From positions 118,048 to 182,047 of the forward strand of contig JBHGAY010000005.1 of assembly GCA_041946735.1 (NCBI GenBank): a stretch of 64,000 nucleotides of DNA, read 5' to 3'. Of the stretch, positions 1-8,626 are shown one piece after another. Every line of letters begins with the position of its first letter. Position 1 is the first letter of the stretch. The notes beneath the pieces are model-generated. The model was not told the DNA's origin and did not search any database. It saw nothing but the letters and a program-made list of their open reading frames with translations. Made by a program: the position numbers and the translations under genes. Origin of the DNA: Candidatus Eiseniibacteriota bacterium. Its GTDB lineage: Bacteria > Eisenbacteria > RBG-16-71-46 > CAIMUX01 > VGJL01.

Positions 1-688
1 CGTCCTCGCGCGCGAGGCGCTGGGAGGCGAGGTAGGCCACGCGCTCCGCGAGGTCCTGCGGAACGACGATCACGCCGTCCGGGTCACCGTAGACCAGGTC
101 GCCCGGACGGACCGGAACCGGTCCTTCGATCCCGGACAGCGCGATCGGCTGCTGGTAGTCGACGATCTGCCAGCGCCCGAAGGCGTCGATCGGCTGGGCT
201 CCGCGGCAGAAGACGGGGAAGCGGTCCTCCTCGAGGCGCCGCGCGTCGCGCGTCCACCCATCGACGACCGCTCCGGTCGCGCCGAACTTGCGGGCCAGCC
301 TCCCGCTGATATCGCCGAAGTGGGCTACGGACGCGTCGCCCCCCGCGTCGATCACCTGCACGCAGCCGGGGGTGAAGGAGCGGAACATGCGGATGCGCAC
401 GGTGTCGTCGACGTGACGCTCGTCCAAGACGCGAGCGCCGGTGCAGGTGAAGGCGGGACCGAAGAGGATCGCGCCGCGTGGCAGCGACCAGAGCGGCTTG
501 ACCGCCGCATGCACGACGAACGGCCGCGGCCAGTTGAGATCGAAGCGGAGGGCGTCGTAGATCACCCCCGCGTAGAGGCCGGCGTAAGCGTCGCGCAGAT
601 CGCTCCGTTCCAGGACATCGACCGCCGGTTTCGGTTTCGGCTGTGGCTTGGACTCCCGCCTCGATTCCGGCTCCAGAATTGGCTCCAC
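1..688 (-). CDS. RraA-family / HMG-CHA aldolase-like protein (3' end runs off the window)
   Basis: Missing from the ORF track because there is no stop in the window. Manual translation from GTG at 688 (GGAGGA upstream) gives ...YAGVIYDAL...GPAFT...VIDAGGDASVAHFGDISGRLARKFGATGAVVDGWTRDA...FPVFCRG...VRPGDLVYGDPDGVIVVP, the RraA-fold pattern. Confidence 0.85.
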   Translation of the reverse strand, partial: MEPILEPESRRESKPQPKPKPAVDVLERSDLRDAYAGLYAGVIYDALRFDLNWPRPFVVHAAVKPLWSLPRGAILFGPAFTCTGARVLDERHVDDTVRIRMFRSFTPGCVQVIDAGGDASVAHFGDISGRLARKFGATGAVVDGWTRDARRLEEDRFPVFCRGAQPIDAFGRWQIVDYQQPIALSGIEGPVPVRPGDLVYGDPDGVIVVPQDLAERVAYLASQRLARED

Positions 689-734
689 GGCATCCTCCTC
701 CCCGCGACGCGGGTCGCTCCCGCGGCGGACCTCA

Positions 735-750
735 AGCAAGAAGCCTGCCG
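735..750 (-). promoter_or_regulatory. Putative sigma-54 (-24/-12) promoter of the RraA-like gene
   Basis: Minus strand reads CGGCAGGCTTCTTGCT: GG-N10-GC, close to the TGGCACG-N4-TTGCW consensus, ~45 nt upstream of the start codon. Confidence 0.45.
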
Positions 751-858
751 GGGTGGGCGAGGACGCTAAGTGCCTTGAAAGCGCCCGATAAGGGTCGGCG
801 GGGGGGTGGCCCGGTTCGGCCCGATGGGCGGAAGGACTTGCCGCGACAGCGGCCGCGG

Positions 859-2703
859 TTACCGCCCCGCGCCCGCCCGGGCGGGATCCGAAGCCGGCGC
901 CTGCGCCCAGCGCGGCGGAGCGTCGGGGCGGATCGGGATCGAGTCGGGGATCACCTCGCCGCCGATGGCTTCCTTCGCCTCGCGGAGGAGCGAGCGCACC
1001 TCTTCTCCTTCGGCCGATCGGAAGGTCGCTGCGGTCAGGCCGGACATCAGCGCGCGCTCCATCCGCTGCAACGTGCGGCGTTGCGCCTCGACCTCCTTGC
1101 GCGCCGGCCGCCGCCGGCCTCCCGGATCGCGGATCTTCTCGATCCAGGCGCGCATCTCAGCCCTCGCCGAGTCCGGATCGAGGGGCAGGACGTCGAACCG
1201 TCCCGGCGCGCTGCGATACTCGTGATCGAACTCCTGGGACCACGCATAGCGCCAGGGACCGGGCTCCTCCGGATGGAAGCGAATCGTCCAGCGGTAATCG
1301 CCCTCGTAGCTCGCGAGCAGATCCCATCTTCGTCCGCTGGGCGACTGGAACGTCCAACGCACCTTCTGCTTCTCGGGAGCCGCGGTCCGGATCCAGGTGT
1401 CGCGCAGCTCCGCTTCGAAATCGCCGCCGAGCGGAATGGGATCGACGGCGGCGAGGATGCGCGCCTGCAAGCGGCGCGCTCCGGCGCAATCCCACAGCGG
1501 CTCGCGATGCCAGGCGGTGGCCCTGGCGCTGGTGGCGGTGGCGGCGAGGTCGGCCGCCATCGTTTCGCCACCTGCCGTCCGTATCTCGACGGTCGCGCGC
1601 GGCGAGCCGGGGTCGGGAAGCCACGTGCAGGCGATGCGCGCCGCGCCCGCCGCGAGATCGAGTTCCGGCAGGGCGAGCACGCGTCCCGGTTCCAGCCGCA
1701 CCGCCTGCTCGATGCGAGCCACCTCGCCGGGCGCCTCCCATTCCAGCTCGAGTCGCGGGCGCCGGGCCACGTTGCGAGAGTCCCCCTCGTTGGCCGAATA
1801 GAGGGTGACGACACTGCCCGGCGTGTCTTCCTCGACGTCCCCGACCTTCAACAGGAAGAGGAGCGGACGGCCGGCCGCGATCCGGCGCGTTGCGCAGGAC
1901 GCGAGCCCGGCGGAGTCGAAGATGACCCGCGAAGCGCCGGGGACGTACACCGCGTCCGCGAGCGGCATCGCGCCGGTGTCGGCCTGCCGATCGGTGTCAG
2001 AGGCGTAGCCCGCGCCGGGAAGGGCCCAGGCCTCCTCGCCGAAGGCGGCGTCGTTCCACCACACCTCGCCGGGGCGTGGGGGGCTCACGTTGTCTCCGAG
2101 CGTCCCGCCGCCGCCCGTTCGATAGTCCCTCTTCATCTCATAGAGAACGAGGCGCACGCTGTCGGCCGGGCCGCTCTCGACGCCGATCGTGAGCGTCCCG
2201 CGCGTTACGATCGCCCCCGGCGGCAGCTCGATCCCCTCCCAGCGCTGCACGACGCGGAACAGCTCGTACTCCCCGTACGCTTCGCTCCCGTCGCGGCGCC
2301 CGACCCGCACGTGCACCTGTCGCGCCTGGTTCCACGCATGCTTGTACGTTCCGTCGAGGAACCCTCGCAGATCGTTGTCTTCCATCCCGGAATAGGTAGG
2401 GCCGTCGACGAATGTGAAAACGTGGCGCTGCGAGAGGACGCTCCTCGCGCCGCCTCGGGCGTCGCCGGCTCCGCCGGCGAAAGCGGAGACGCGAAGCGTC
2501 CCGGAGAAGGGGGCGGACAGCGCCACGTCGGAGCGAAACGGTTCGATCTCCATCCGGCGAAGCAGGCGGCGGCCGGCGAGGAAGGCGCCGCCGGCGAGCG
2601 CGAGCGCAAGCGCGAGAAGCGCGAGGGCGAGAAGCGGGCGACGGATGGGGAGCAAGCGGTTTCGGCCCGGTCTGCCGCCGGGCGCGCGAGCCGTGACGGA
2701 CAA
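859..2703 (-). CDS. Membrane-anchored hypothetical protein with DNRLRE-like and DUF5060-like domains
   Basis: Likely TTG start at 2703 after GAGGAGG. N-terminal hydrophobic anchor. 'YSANEGDSRNVARRPRLELEW' resembles the end of a DNRLRE domain; 'FQSPSGRRW...YEGDYRWTIRFHPEEPGPWRY' resembles DUF5060. Confidence 0.6.
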   Translation of the reverse strand: MSVTARAPGGRPGRNRLLPIRRPLLALALLALALALAGGAFLAGRRLLRRMEIEPFRSDVALSAPFSGTLRVSAFAGGAGDARGGARSVLSQRHVFTFVDGPTYSGMEDNDLRGFLDGTYKHAWNQARQVHVRVGRRDGSEAYGEYELFRVVQRWEGIELPPGAIVTRGTLTIGVESGPADSVRLVLYEMKRDYRTGGGGTLGDNVSPPRPGEVWWNDAAFGEEAWALPGAGYASDTDRQADTGAMPLADAVYVPGASRVIFDSAGLASCATRRIAAGRPLLFLLKVGDVEEDTPGSVVTLYSANEGDSRNVARRPRLELEWEAPGEVARIEQAVRLEPGRVLALPELDLAAGAARIACTWLPDPGSPRATVEIRTAGGETMAADLAATATSARATAWHREPLWDCAGARRLQARILAAVDPIPLGGDFEAELRDTWIRTAAPEKQKVRWTFQSPSGRRWDLLASYEGDYRWTIRFHPEEPGPWRYAWSQEFDHEYRSAPGRFDVLPLDPDSARAEMRAWIEKIRDPGGRRRPARKEVEAQRRTLQRMERALMSGLTAATFRSAEGEEVRSLLREAKEAIGGEVIPDSIPIRPDAPPRWAQAPASDPARAGAGR

Positions 2704-2987
2704 GTGCCCCTCCTCTTCCGTTCCCTTCGTGCGATCGCGTCCCTTCGTGCGATCGCGCGTCTCTGTCGATCGCTTGGTCGCCAGGGTAGGCGAAAGGCGG
2801 CTCGGAGGCGATGCCGATCGTGCATGCGATCGGTCCATGGACGGCTGCCGCTCCCGGCCGGATTCCCGATCAGACGTTCCGCGTCGCCAGCGAGATGGCG
2901 ATGGGTCTATGCTCACAGGCCGCGGATTCGGAGGGACCAAGGCTTCGCTGCGACCGGCCGCTTTCGCCGACAGGGGAGGCGGCTATC

Positions 2988-3779
2988 ATGAGTCAACCCT
3001 CAGGTTCCGGTGCCGGCAGATTCCTGCTGAGCGGCCGGGTCGCGCTCGTTACCGGTGGAAACGGGGGGCTGGGACGCGCGATAGCGCTCGGACTCCGCGA
3101 AGCCGGGGCCTCGGTGGCTGTCACCGGCCGCGATCCCGCGAAGAACGCGGCGATCGCTGCCGAGCTCGGCGGCGCGTCGCGAGCTTTCGCTGTCGACGTT
3201 CGCGATGAGGAAGCGGTTTCCCAGATGATCGGAGGCGTCGTCGAGCAGCTGGGGCGCCTGGACATCCTCGTATGCTGCGCGGGAGATTTCGCAGGAGGGC
3301 CAGCCCTCGATCTCTCCCTTGCCGACTGGGAGCGAGTGCTCGGGTCCCATCTGACAGGGACGTTTCTTTGCGCAAAGCACGCCGCCCGCGAGATGGCGAA
3401 GGGCGGGGAGGGGGGGAAGATCGTGGCGATCGGCTCGATGTACTCCCTGTTCGGACCTCCCCGATACGCCAACTATGCCGCCGCCAAATCCGGCATTCTC
3501 GGTCTCACGCGCGCACTCGCGGTCGAACTGGCCATGCACCGGATCCAGGTAAACGCGATCCTGCCTGGCTGGTTCGAGACCGCGCTCACAGGAACCTCGC
3601 GCCATACCGAATGGGGCGAGCGGATCCGGCGAAAGACCCCGGCGGCGAGGTGGGGCGAGCCCGAGGACCTTGTCGGGGCGGCGATCTTCCTCAGCTCGCG
3701 CGCGTCTGACTTCGTGACTGGAGTCGCGCTGCCCGTCGACGGCGGTTACGCGGTCGCCGATCGCCTCCTGCCGGAGTAG
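2988..3779 (+). CDS. SDR oxidoreductase (KduD/gluconate 5-dehydrogenase-like)
   Basis: TGGNGGLG Rossmann motif, S...YAAAK catalytic motif, VNAILPG, VDGG C-terminus; ATG at 2988 after GGAGG. Confidence 0.9.
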   Translation: MSQPSGSGAGRFLLSGRVALVTGGNGGLGRAIALGLREAGASVAVTGRDPAKNAAIAAELGGASRAFAVDVRDEEAVSQMIGGVVEQLGRLDILVCCAGDFAGGPALDLSLADWERVLGSHLTGTFLCAKHAAREMAKGGEGGKIVAIGSMYSLFGPPRYANYAAAKSGILGLTRALAVELAMHRIQVNAILPGWFETALTGTSRHTEWGERIRRKTPAARWGEPEDLVGAAIFLSSRASDFVTGVALPVDGGYAVADRLLPE

Positions 3780-3903
3780 GTCCGTTACGCGGGCCGCTTC
3801 CTGGACCGCCGCGCCGCGCGCCCCGGCGAAGAGTCGCATTCACTCAGGCCTCCCGGCCGGCGTGCGCGCCGTCGATGACCGATGACCCTTCTCCCCGCCG
3901 ACG

Positions 3904-4479
3904 CTACGGCGATTCGGCCGCGAGCATCGCCCGGACGCCCGCCGCCTCGCTCGAGCGGCCACTTCCTTCGAGGAAGGCGATCGCGTGGGAGAAGGTCCGG
4001 CCTTCCAGGTCGACCGGGATCGAGGAAGGTCGGGCGAGCAGGATCTTCTTCCCCTGCTCCCATAGCCGGACCGCCTCCCCCGCCTGCTCCGTGCCCGCGG
4101 GACCTGTGAGGCAGCATGCGAGGTGGACCCGGGCGACGGCGCCGAGCCGCTCTTGATCCAGCCCGGCCCTCGCCGATTCCTCCAAGCATCGACGGAGGGC
4201 GGGGACGCCCTCGTCCTTCCGCCCCTCCTCGTCAAGGAGCATGCCGAGATCGAGAAGCGCGCGTGCGTTCTCGCGCGAGTCGGGAACCGCGGCCGTCTCG
4301 AGAGCGGCGTGCGATTCCGCGAGGAGCGATTCCGCTTCGGGGAACCGGCCTTCCCGCCGCCGCAGGTCTGCGAGAGCGCGTAGCAGGACACCGACGAGCA
4401 CATCGTCCCGGCTGCCGATGAGGCGGGCCCGAGCATGGCTGGCGGCGAGGAGGCTCTCCGCCGGCGCGAAGCGCGCGCT
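3904..4479 (-). pseudogene. Start-less TPR-repeat C-terminal fragment (resembles the tail of a Ser/Thr kinase-TPR protein)
   Basis: TPR-like helices 'LRALADLRRREGRFPEAESLL' and 'ALLDLGMLLDEEGRKDEG'. No credible start or RBS; joined out of frame to a sigma-factor fragment. Confidence 0.6.
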
Positions 4480-4480
4480 C

Positions 4481-4678
4481 GAGACGGAGATACGCCTCAT
4501 GGACGAGCGCGGTCGGCTGAAGGGTCTGCCCGGGACCTTCGCGGCGAAGTATGTGGGCCGCCAGCTCGCGAAGCTCGCCATAGACCTGCTCGAAGAGCTT
4601 CTCCTGGATCGAAGGATCTCTCTGCTCGGGAAGCAGCGCGAAGATCGTCTGGGTGATGTCGCAGCGTTGCGGCTGCAT
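4481..4678 (-). pseudogene. N-terminal ~66 aa of an ECF sigma factor (TIGR02999 type), truncated
   Basis: 'DITQ...LFEQVYGELRELAAHILRREGPGQTLQPTALVHEAYLRL' is the TIGR02999 signature. Similarity stops after EAYLRL and region 4 is absent. Confidence 0.8.
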
Positions 4679-4936
4679 GAGCGGCTTGCCCCCCGATTGC
4701 ATGAAGCTCTCGCGGCCGAGTTACGGTTCGACGCTGCATGTGCGACGCAGAGGATGGTGTGAAAACGGGGCAGTCTAGCACGGAATCGGAGGGCGTCCGA
4801 GCGAAACAAGTGTGTGGTGTGTGGGAGGGGGAAAGTCCGCGGTGGAGCAACACCGGAACATGCGTCGGCTTGACGAAGACTCCGCGAAGGGCCGGGCTCG
4901 CGCTCGTAGCGCGTGGCGGCCCGCCCCATCCTCATC

Positions 4937-5164
4937 TCATGGGCGCCGGATGACCGACGGGCCGTTTCTCGCCACTACCCTGCCCCTCTTGTCGAAGGTA
5001 GGACTCTCGGTGTATGTCCCCGTCTCAATGGAGATCGTCGTCCCGTGTCCGGCCGCGTCGATCCCCTCCTGGACCGTGTCGAAGGGGTGCGACAGGGAGC
5101 CATCCTCGTCTCCGGAATTGTTCCAGTCCACGTAGACGGTTCGAAGCGGGCGGCACCGGATCAT
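4937..5164 (-). pseudogene. Orphan small domain (DUF1565-like 'VYVD...GS..HPF.TVQEGI' module), probable 3' remnant of a larger secreted protein
   Basis: TVYVDWNNSGDEDGSLSHPFDTVQEGIDAAGHGTTISIETGTYTE; no signal peptide; the few residues after the ATG look non-homologous. Confidence 0.5.
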
Positions 5165-5384
5165 CCCCCGGCCATGGGTGGCTGGGACAGCGACGCGACC
5201 GGCGCCCCGCCGCGCTCACGTAGAGCCGTTCGGGGCCAGGCGAGAGACGTGTCTTTCGCCGCCCTGTCGCCTGCATGCGGGGGACCGATGCGAAGAATGG
5301 AGGCTTGGGCGATCGCGGCAATCGCCCTTTTCCTCGAAGCCAGGCGTCGAGGACCGGGTTACAATCCCTTTCCCGGAGGTGACG

Positions 5385-6581
5385 ATGCAGCAATCGCAGC
5401 GGCAGGCATCCCAGGTGCGTACCGGACTCGACGTCGTCCTGCGCGATGGGATCGGCCTTCCCGGCGAAGGCCGGGCGGGACTGTTGTGCAATAGCGCGGC
5501 CACCGACCGGCTCCTGCGCGCGACCCCGCAGGCGCTCGCGCAGGTCCGCGGCCTCCGGCTCATCAGGATCTTCTCGCCGCAGCACGGATTCGCCGGCGAG
5601 AAGCAGGACAACATGGTCGAGTCGCCCGACGCGACGCACGAGCCGACCAGCTTGCCGATCGTGAGCCTCTACGGCCGCGTCCGCCGGCCGGAACCGGCGA
5701 TGCTCGACGACCTTGACGCAGTGATCGTCGATCTTCCCGACGTCGGCACGCGCGTCTACACGTTCCTGACGACCGCTCTCTACATGCTCCGCGCGTGCGC
5801 CGAAGCGGGCGTGGCGGTGATCGTCCTCGACCGGCCCAATCCGATCGGAGGCGATGCTGTCGAAGGCCCCATGCTCGAGGCCGGTTTCACCTCGTTCGTC
5901 GGGGAGATCCCGATCCCGCTGCGCCATGGCCTGACGCCGGGCGAGTTTCTCCGCCTCGGCGCGCGGGCGCTCGATCTCGAGCCGGCGCTCGATCTCACCG
6001 TCATCCCGATGGAGGGATGGCGCCGCGACCTCTGGTTCGACGAAACGGGGCTGACCTGGGTCATGCCCTCTCCGAACCTTCCGACCCTCGAGAGCACCGT
6101 CGTCTACCCGGGCCAGGTGCTGCTCGAGGGCACGACCCTCTCCGAAGGGCGCGGGACGACCCGGCCGTTCGAGCTTTGGGGCGCCCCGTGGCTCGACACG
6201 CGGGCGGTCGCCAACGCGATCGGCCCGCTGGAGGGCTGCCTGCTGCGCGAGGTCGCCTTCGAGCCGACCTTCCAGAAGCACGCGGGGCAGTTGGTGCGCG
6301 GCTTCCAGATCCACGTGACGGACCGCGACCGCTATCGCCCGGTGCGCACCACCGTCGCGCTCCTCGCCGCCGTGCGCTCGATCCATCCGGAAAGGAAGCT
6401 CTGGCGCGAGCCGCCCTACGAGTACGAGACGAAGCGGATGCCGATCGACCTCATCAGCGGGAGCGATCGGCTGCGGGCGGCGATCGACGCCGGCGCTTCC
6501 GTCGACGACATCGCCGGCCGTTGGGACGAGCAGGTCGCGGCGTTCCGCGAGCGGCGGCAGGGCTTCCTCCTCTACGAATGA
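5385..6581 (+). CDS. namZ: Exo-beta-N-acetylmuramidase NamZ (DUF1343 family)
   Basis: VRTGLD, FSPQHG, SLYG, DLPDVGTRVYTF, DRPNPIGG, RHGLTPGE, PSPNLPT, SEGRGTTRPFE motifs; ATG at 5385 after GGAGGTGA; no signal peptide. Confidence 0.92.
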   Translation: MQQSQRQASQVRTGLDVVLRDGIGLPGEGRAGLLCNSAATDRLLRATPQALAQVRGLRLIRIFSPQHGFAGEKQDNMVESPDATHEPTSLPIVSLYGRVRRPEPAMLDDLDAVIVDLPDVGTRVYTFLTTALYMLRACAEAGVAVIVLDRPNPIGGDAVEGPMLEAGFTSFVGEIPIPLRHGLTPGEFLRLGARALDLEPALDLTVIPMEGWRRDLWFDETGLTWVMPSPNLPTLESTVVYPGQVLLEGTTLSEGRGTTRPFELWGAPWLDTRAVANAIGPLEGCLLREVAFEPTFQKHAGQLVRGFQIHVTDRDRYRPVRTTVALLAAVRSIHPERKLWREPPYEYETKRMPIDLISGSDRLRAAIDAGASVDDIAGRWDEQVAAFRERRQGFLLYE

Positions 6582-8626
6582 GCGAAGAACGGCCAGGAAG
6601 GAGCGAAGAACGGCCAGGAAGGAGCGAAGCCGGGCTGCCCCGCTCCGCTCCGGCGCTCGACCGCCACGGCGCGCCCCTCCGCGCGATCGTGCTCGCCGCG
6701 GGATTCGGCACGCGGATGCTCCCGCTCACACGCACGATGCCGAAGGCGCTCCTCCCGGTCGCCGGCCGGCCGCTGCTCGAATGGACGCTGCGCCTCCTCG
6801 CCCGTTCCGGCATCGACGAGGCCGTCGTGAACGCTCACCATCATGCCGCGGCGATCCGCGGCTGGATCGAGCAACGGCGCGGCGATCCGCGGCTCCCCCG
6901 CGTGGACGTCGTCGTCGAGGAGCCGGAGATCCTCGGTTCGGCGGGCGGCATCGCAAACGCCGCCGCTCTCGGGCTGCTGCAGTCCGACCCGATCGTCGTC
7001 GCGAACTCCGACCAGATCCTCCGCGTCGATCTCCGCGCGGTCCTCGCCCGGCACCTGGAGCGCGGGGCGATCGCGACGCTCGTCTGCTCTCCGCATCCGC
7101 TGCTGCGCCAGGTCCGAGTCGCCGGCGAGCGCGTGACGGAGATCCTTCCCTATCCGATGCCGACCGGCCAGTCGCTCTACAGCTTCACCGGGATCTGGCT
7201 CCTCGCGCGCGAAGGGCTCGAGGAGCTGCCCCGTGGCCGCTTCGAGGAGATCGGACCGCACTGGCGGCGATGGGTTGCGGCCGATCGCGTCGCGGCCGTC
7301 GTCGTGAAGGATGCGCCGTTCCGGGAAGCGGGGACCCCCGAGGCCTGGCTCGAGGTCGAGCGCGCCGTCGGCCGGCTTCGCGAGGAGCCGCCGGCGATCG
7401 AGGAATCGATCGTCCTGCCCGGAGCGAGCGTCGCTCCGGGAGCGCGCGTGCGTCGCTCGATCCTCGGTCCGGACGCCGTCCTGTCGGCGGGCGAGCAATG
7501 CTACCGGCGGATCGTGGCGGCCGGCGAGTCGCGCGCGCTGCGCGTGCTTTCGCGCGACGAAGAGGAGGCGCTGCGTGCGGTGCTCGAACGGTCGCGGGGG
7601 AAGCTGCCGGTCGTCGCGCGAACGCCGGCGTTCGGGATCCGCCTGCTCGCCGGGGACGGATCGAACCGGCGCTTCGCGCGCCTGCTCTTCGAGCGCGGGA
7701 GCCTGGTCGCCATCTTGAATCCACCGGGGGGGGCGCCGCCGGCTTCGGTCTATCCGCATCGCGAGACCGCGGGCGGTCCCGACGAGAACGACAGCTACCT
7801 CTACGTGCAGCGGTTCCTCGCCGCGCGAGGCGTGCGCGTGCCGGCGATCCATGCGTTCGATCGCGAGAGCGGGACGATCCTGCTCGAGGATCTCGGCGAT
7901 CGCCTACTGCTCGAGGAGATCCAAGGCCGGGACGAGGAGGCGCTGAAGGCACACTACCGGCAAGCGCTCGAGATGCTCGAGCGGATGCAGGCGCCGGCGC
8001 CGCCGGCGTTCGACGCGGCGCAGACGTGGAACGTCGCGTACGACGAGGCGTTCGTGCTGCGCTTCGAGGCCGGGTATTTCCATCGGGAAATGGTCGAGTC
8101 GATCGCGGGACTCGCCGTCCCGTTCTCCGAGATGGAGGGGATCTACCGGCGCATCGCGCAGCGGTCGCTGGCAGGCGCTCCGCGGGTCGCGATGCACCGC
8201 GATTTCCAGTCCCGCAACCTGATGATCGTCGAAGGCGGTCTCGCCCTTCTCGACTTGCAGGGGATGCGTCTCGGGCCGCCGGAGTACGACCTCGCCTCGC
8301 TCCTCCTCGATCCGTATGCCGATCTGCCGGCGCGGCTGCGCGAGGAGCTGCTCGAGGAGGCGATCGCCGCGAGCGCGGGGCGGATCGATCGCGGCCGGTT
8401 CGTCGCTTCGGGGATCGACCGGATGATGCAGGCGCTCGGCGCCTACGCGTATCTAGGCGGGCGTCTCGGCAAGCCGGGATTCCTCGAGCACGCGCCGGTC
8501 GCGCTGCGGCGCCTGCGGGAGCTGGCCGAGGAGGCGTCGCTCCCGGAGATGGCGGGACTGGCCGACCGCGTCACCGAGGCGCTCACGCGCCGCGCGCACC
8601 GGGAGCACCGCGCCGAGCCGGCTTAG
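6578..8626 (+). CDS. Fused MurU-like nucleotidyltransferase + AmgK-like sugar kinase (APH family)
   Basis: N-half: LAAGFGTRMLPLT...PKALLPV, NAHH, GSAGG, NSD and a short hexapeptide segment. C-half: LAGDGSNRRFAR, LLEDLGD, HRDFQSRNLM, DLQGMRLGP..YDLASLLLDPY, RMMQALGAY. ATGA overlap with namZ. Confidence 0.85.
   Translation: MSEERPGRSEERPGRSEAGLPRSAPALDRHGAPLRAIVLAAGFGTRMLPLTRTMPKALLPVAGRPLLEWTLRLLARSGIDEAVVNAHHHAAAIRGWIEQRRGDPRLPRVDVVVEEPEILGSAGGIANAAALGLLQSDPIVVANSDQILRVDLRAVLARHLERGAIATLVCSPHPLLRQVRVAGERVTEILPYPMPTGQSLYSFTGIWLLAREGLEELPRGRFEEIGPHWRRWVAADRVAAVVVKDAPFREAGTPEAWLEVERAVGRLREEPPAIEESIVLPGASVAPGARVRRSILGPDAVLSAGEQCYRRIVAAGESRALRVLSRDEEEALRAVLERSRGKLPVVARTPAFGIRLLAGDGSNRRFARLLFERGSLVAILNPPGGAPPASVYPHRETAGGPDENDSYLYVQRFLAARGVRVPAIHAFDRESGTILLEDLGDRLLLEEIQGRDEEALKAHYRQALEMLERMQAPAPPAFDAAQTWNVAYDEAFVLRFEAGYFHREMVESIAGLAVPFSEMEGIYRRIAQRSLAGAPRVAMHRDFQSRNLMIVEGGLALLDLQGMRLGPPEYDLASLLLDPYADLPARLREELLEEAIAASAGRIDRGRFVASGIDRMMQALGAYAYLGGRLGKPGFLEHAPVALRRLRELAEEASLPEMAGLADRVTEALTRRAHREHRAEPA
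6580..6629 (+). repeat. 21-bp tandem duplication (GAGCGAAGAACGGCCAGGAAG x2.4) encoding SEERPGR repeats
   Basis: Read directly from the sequence. Confidence 0.9.
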
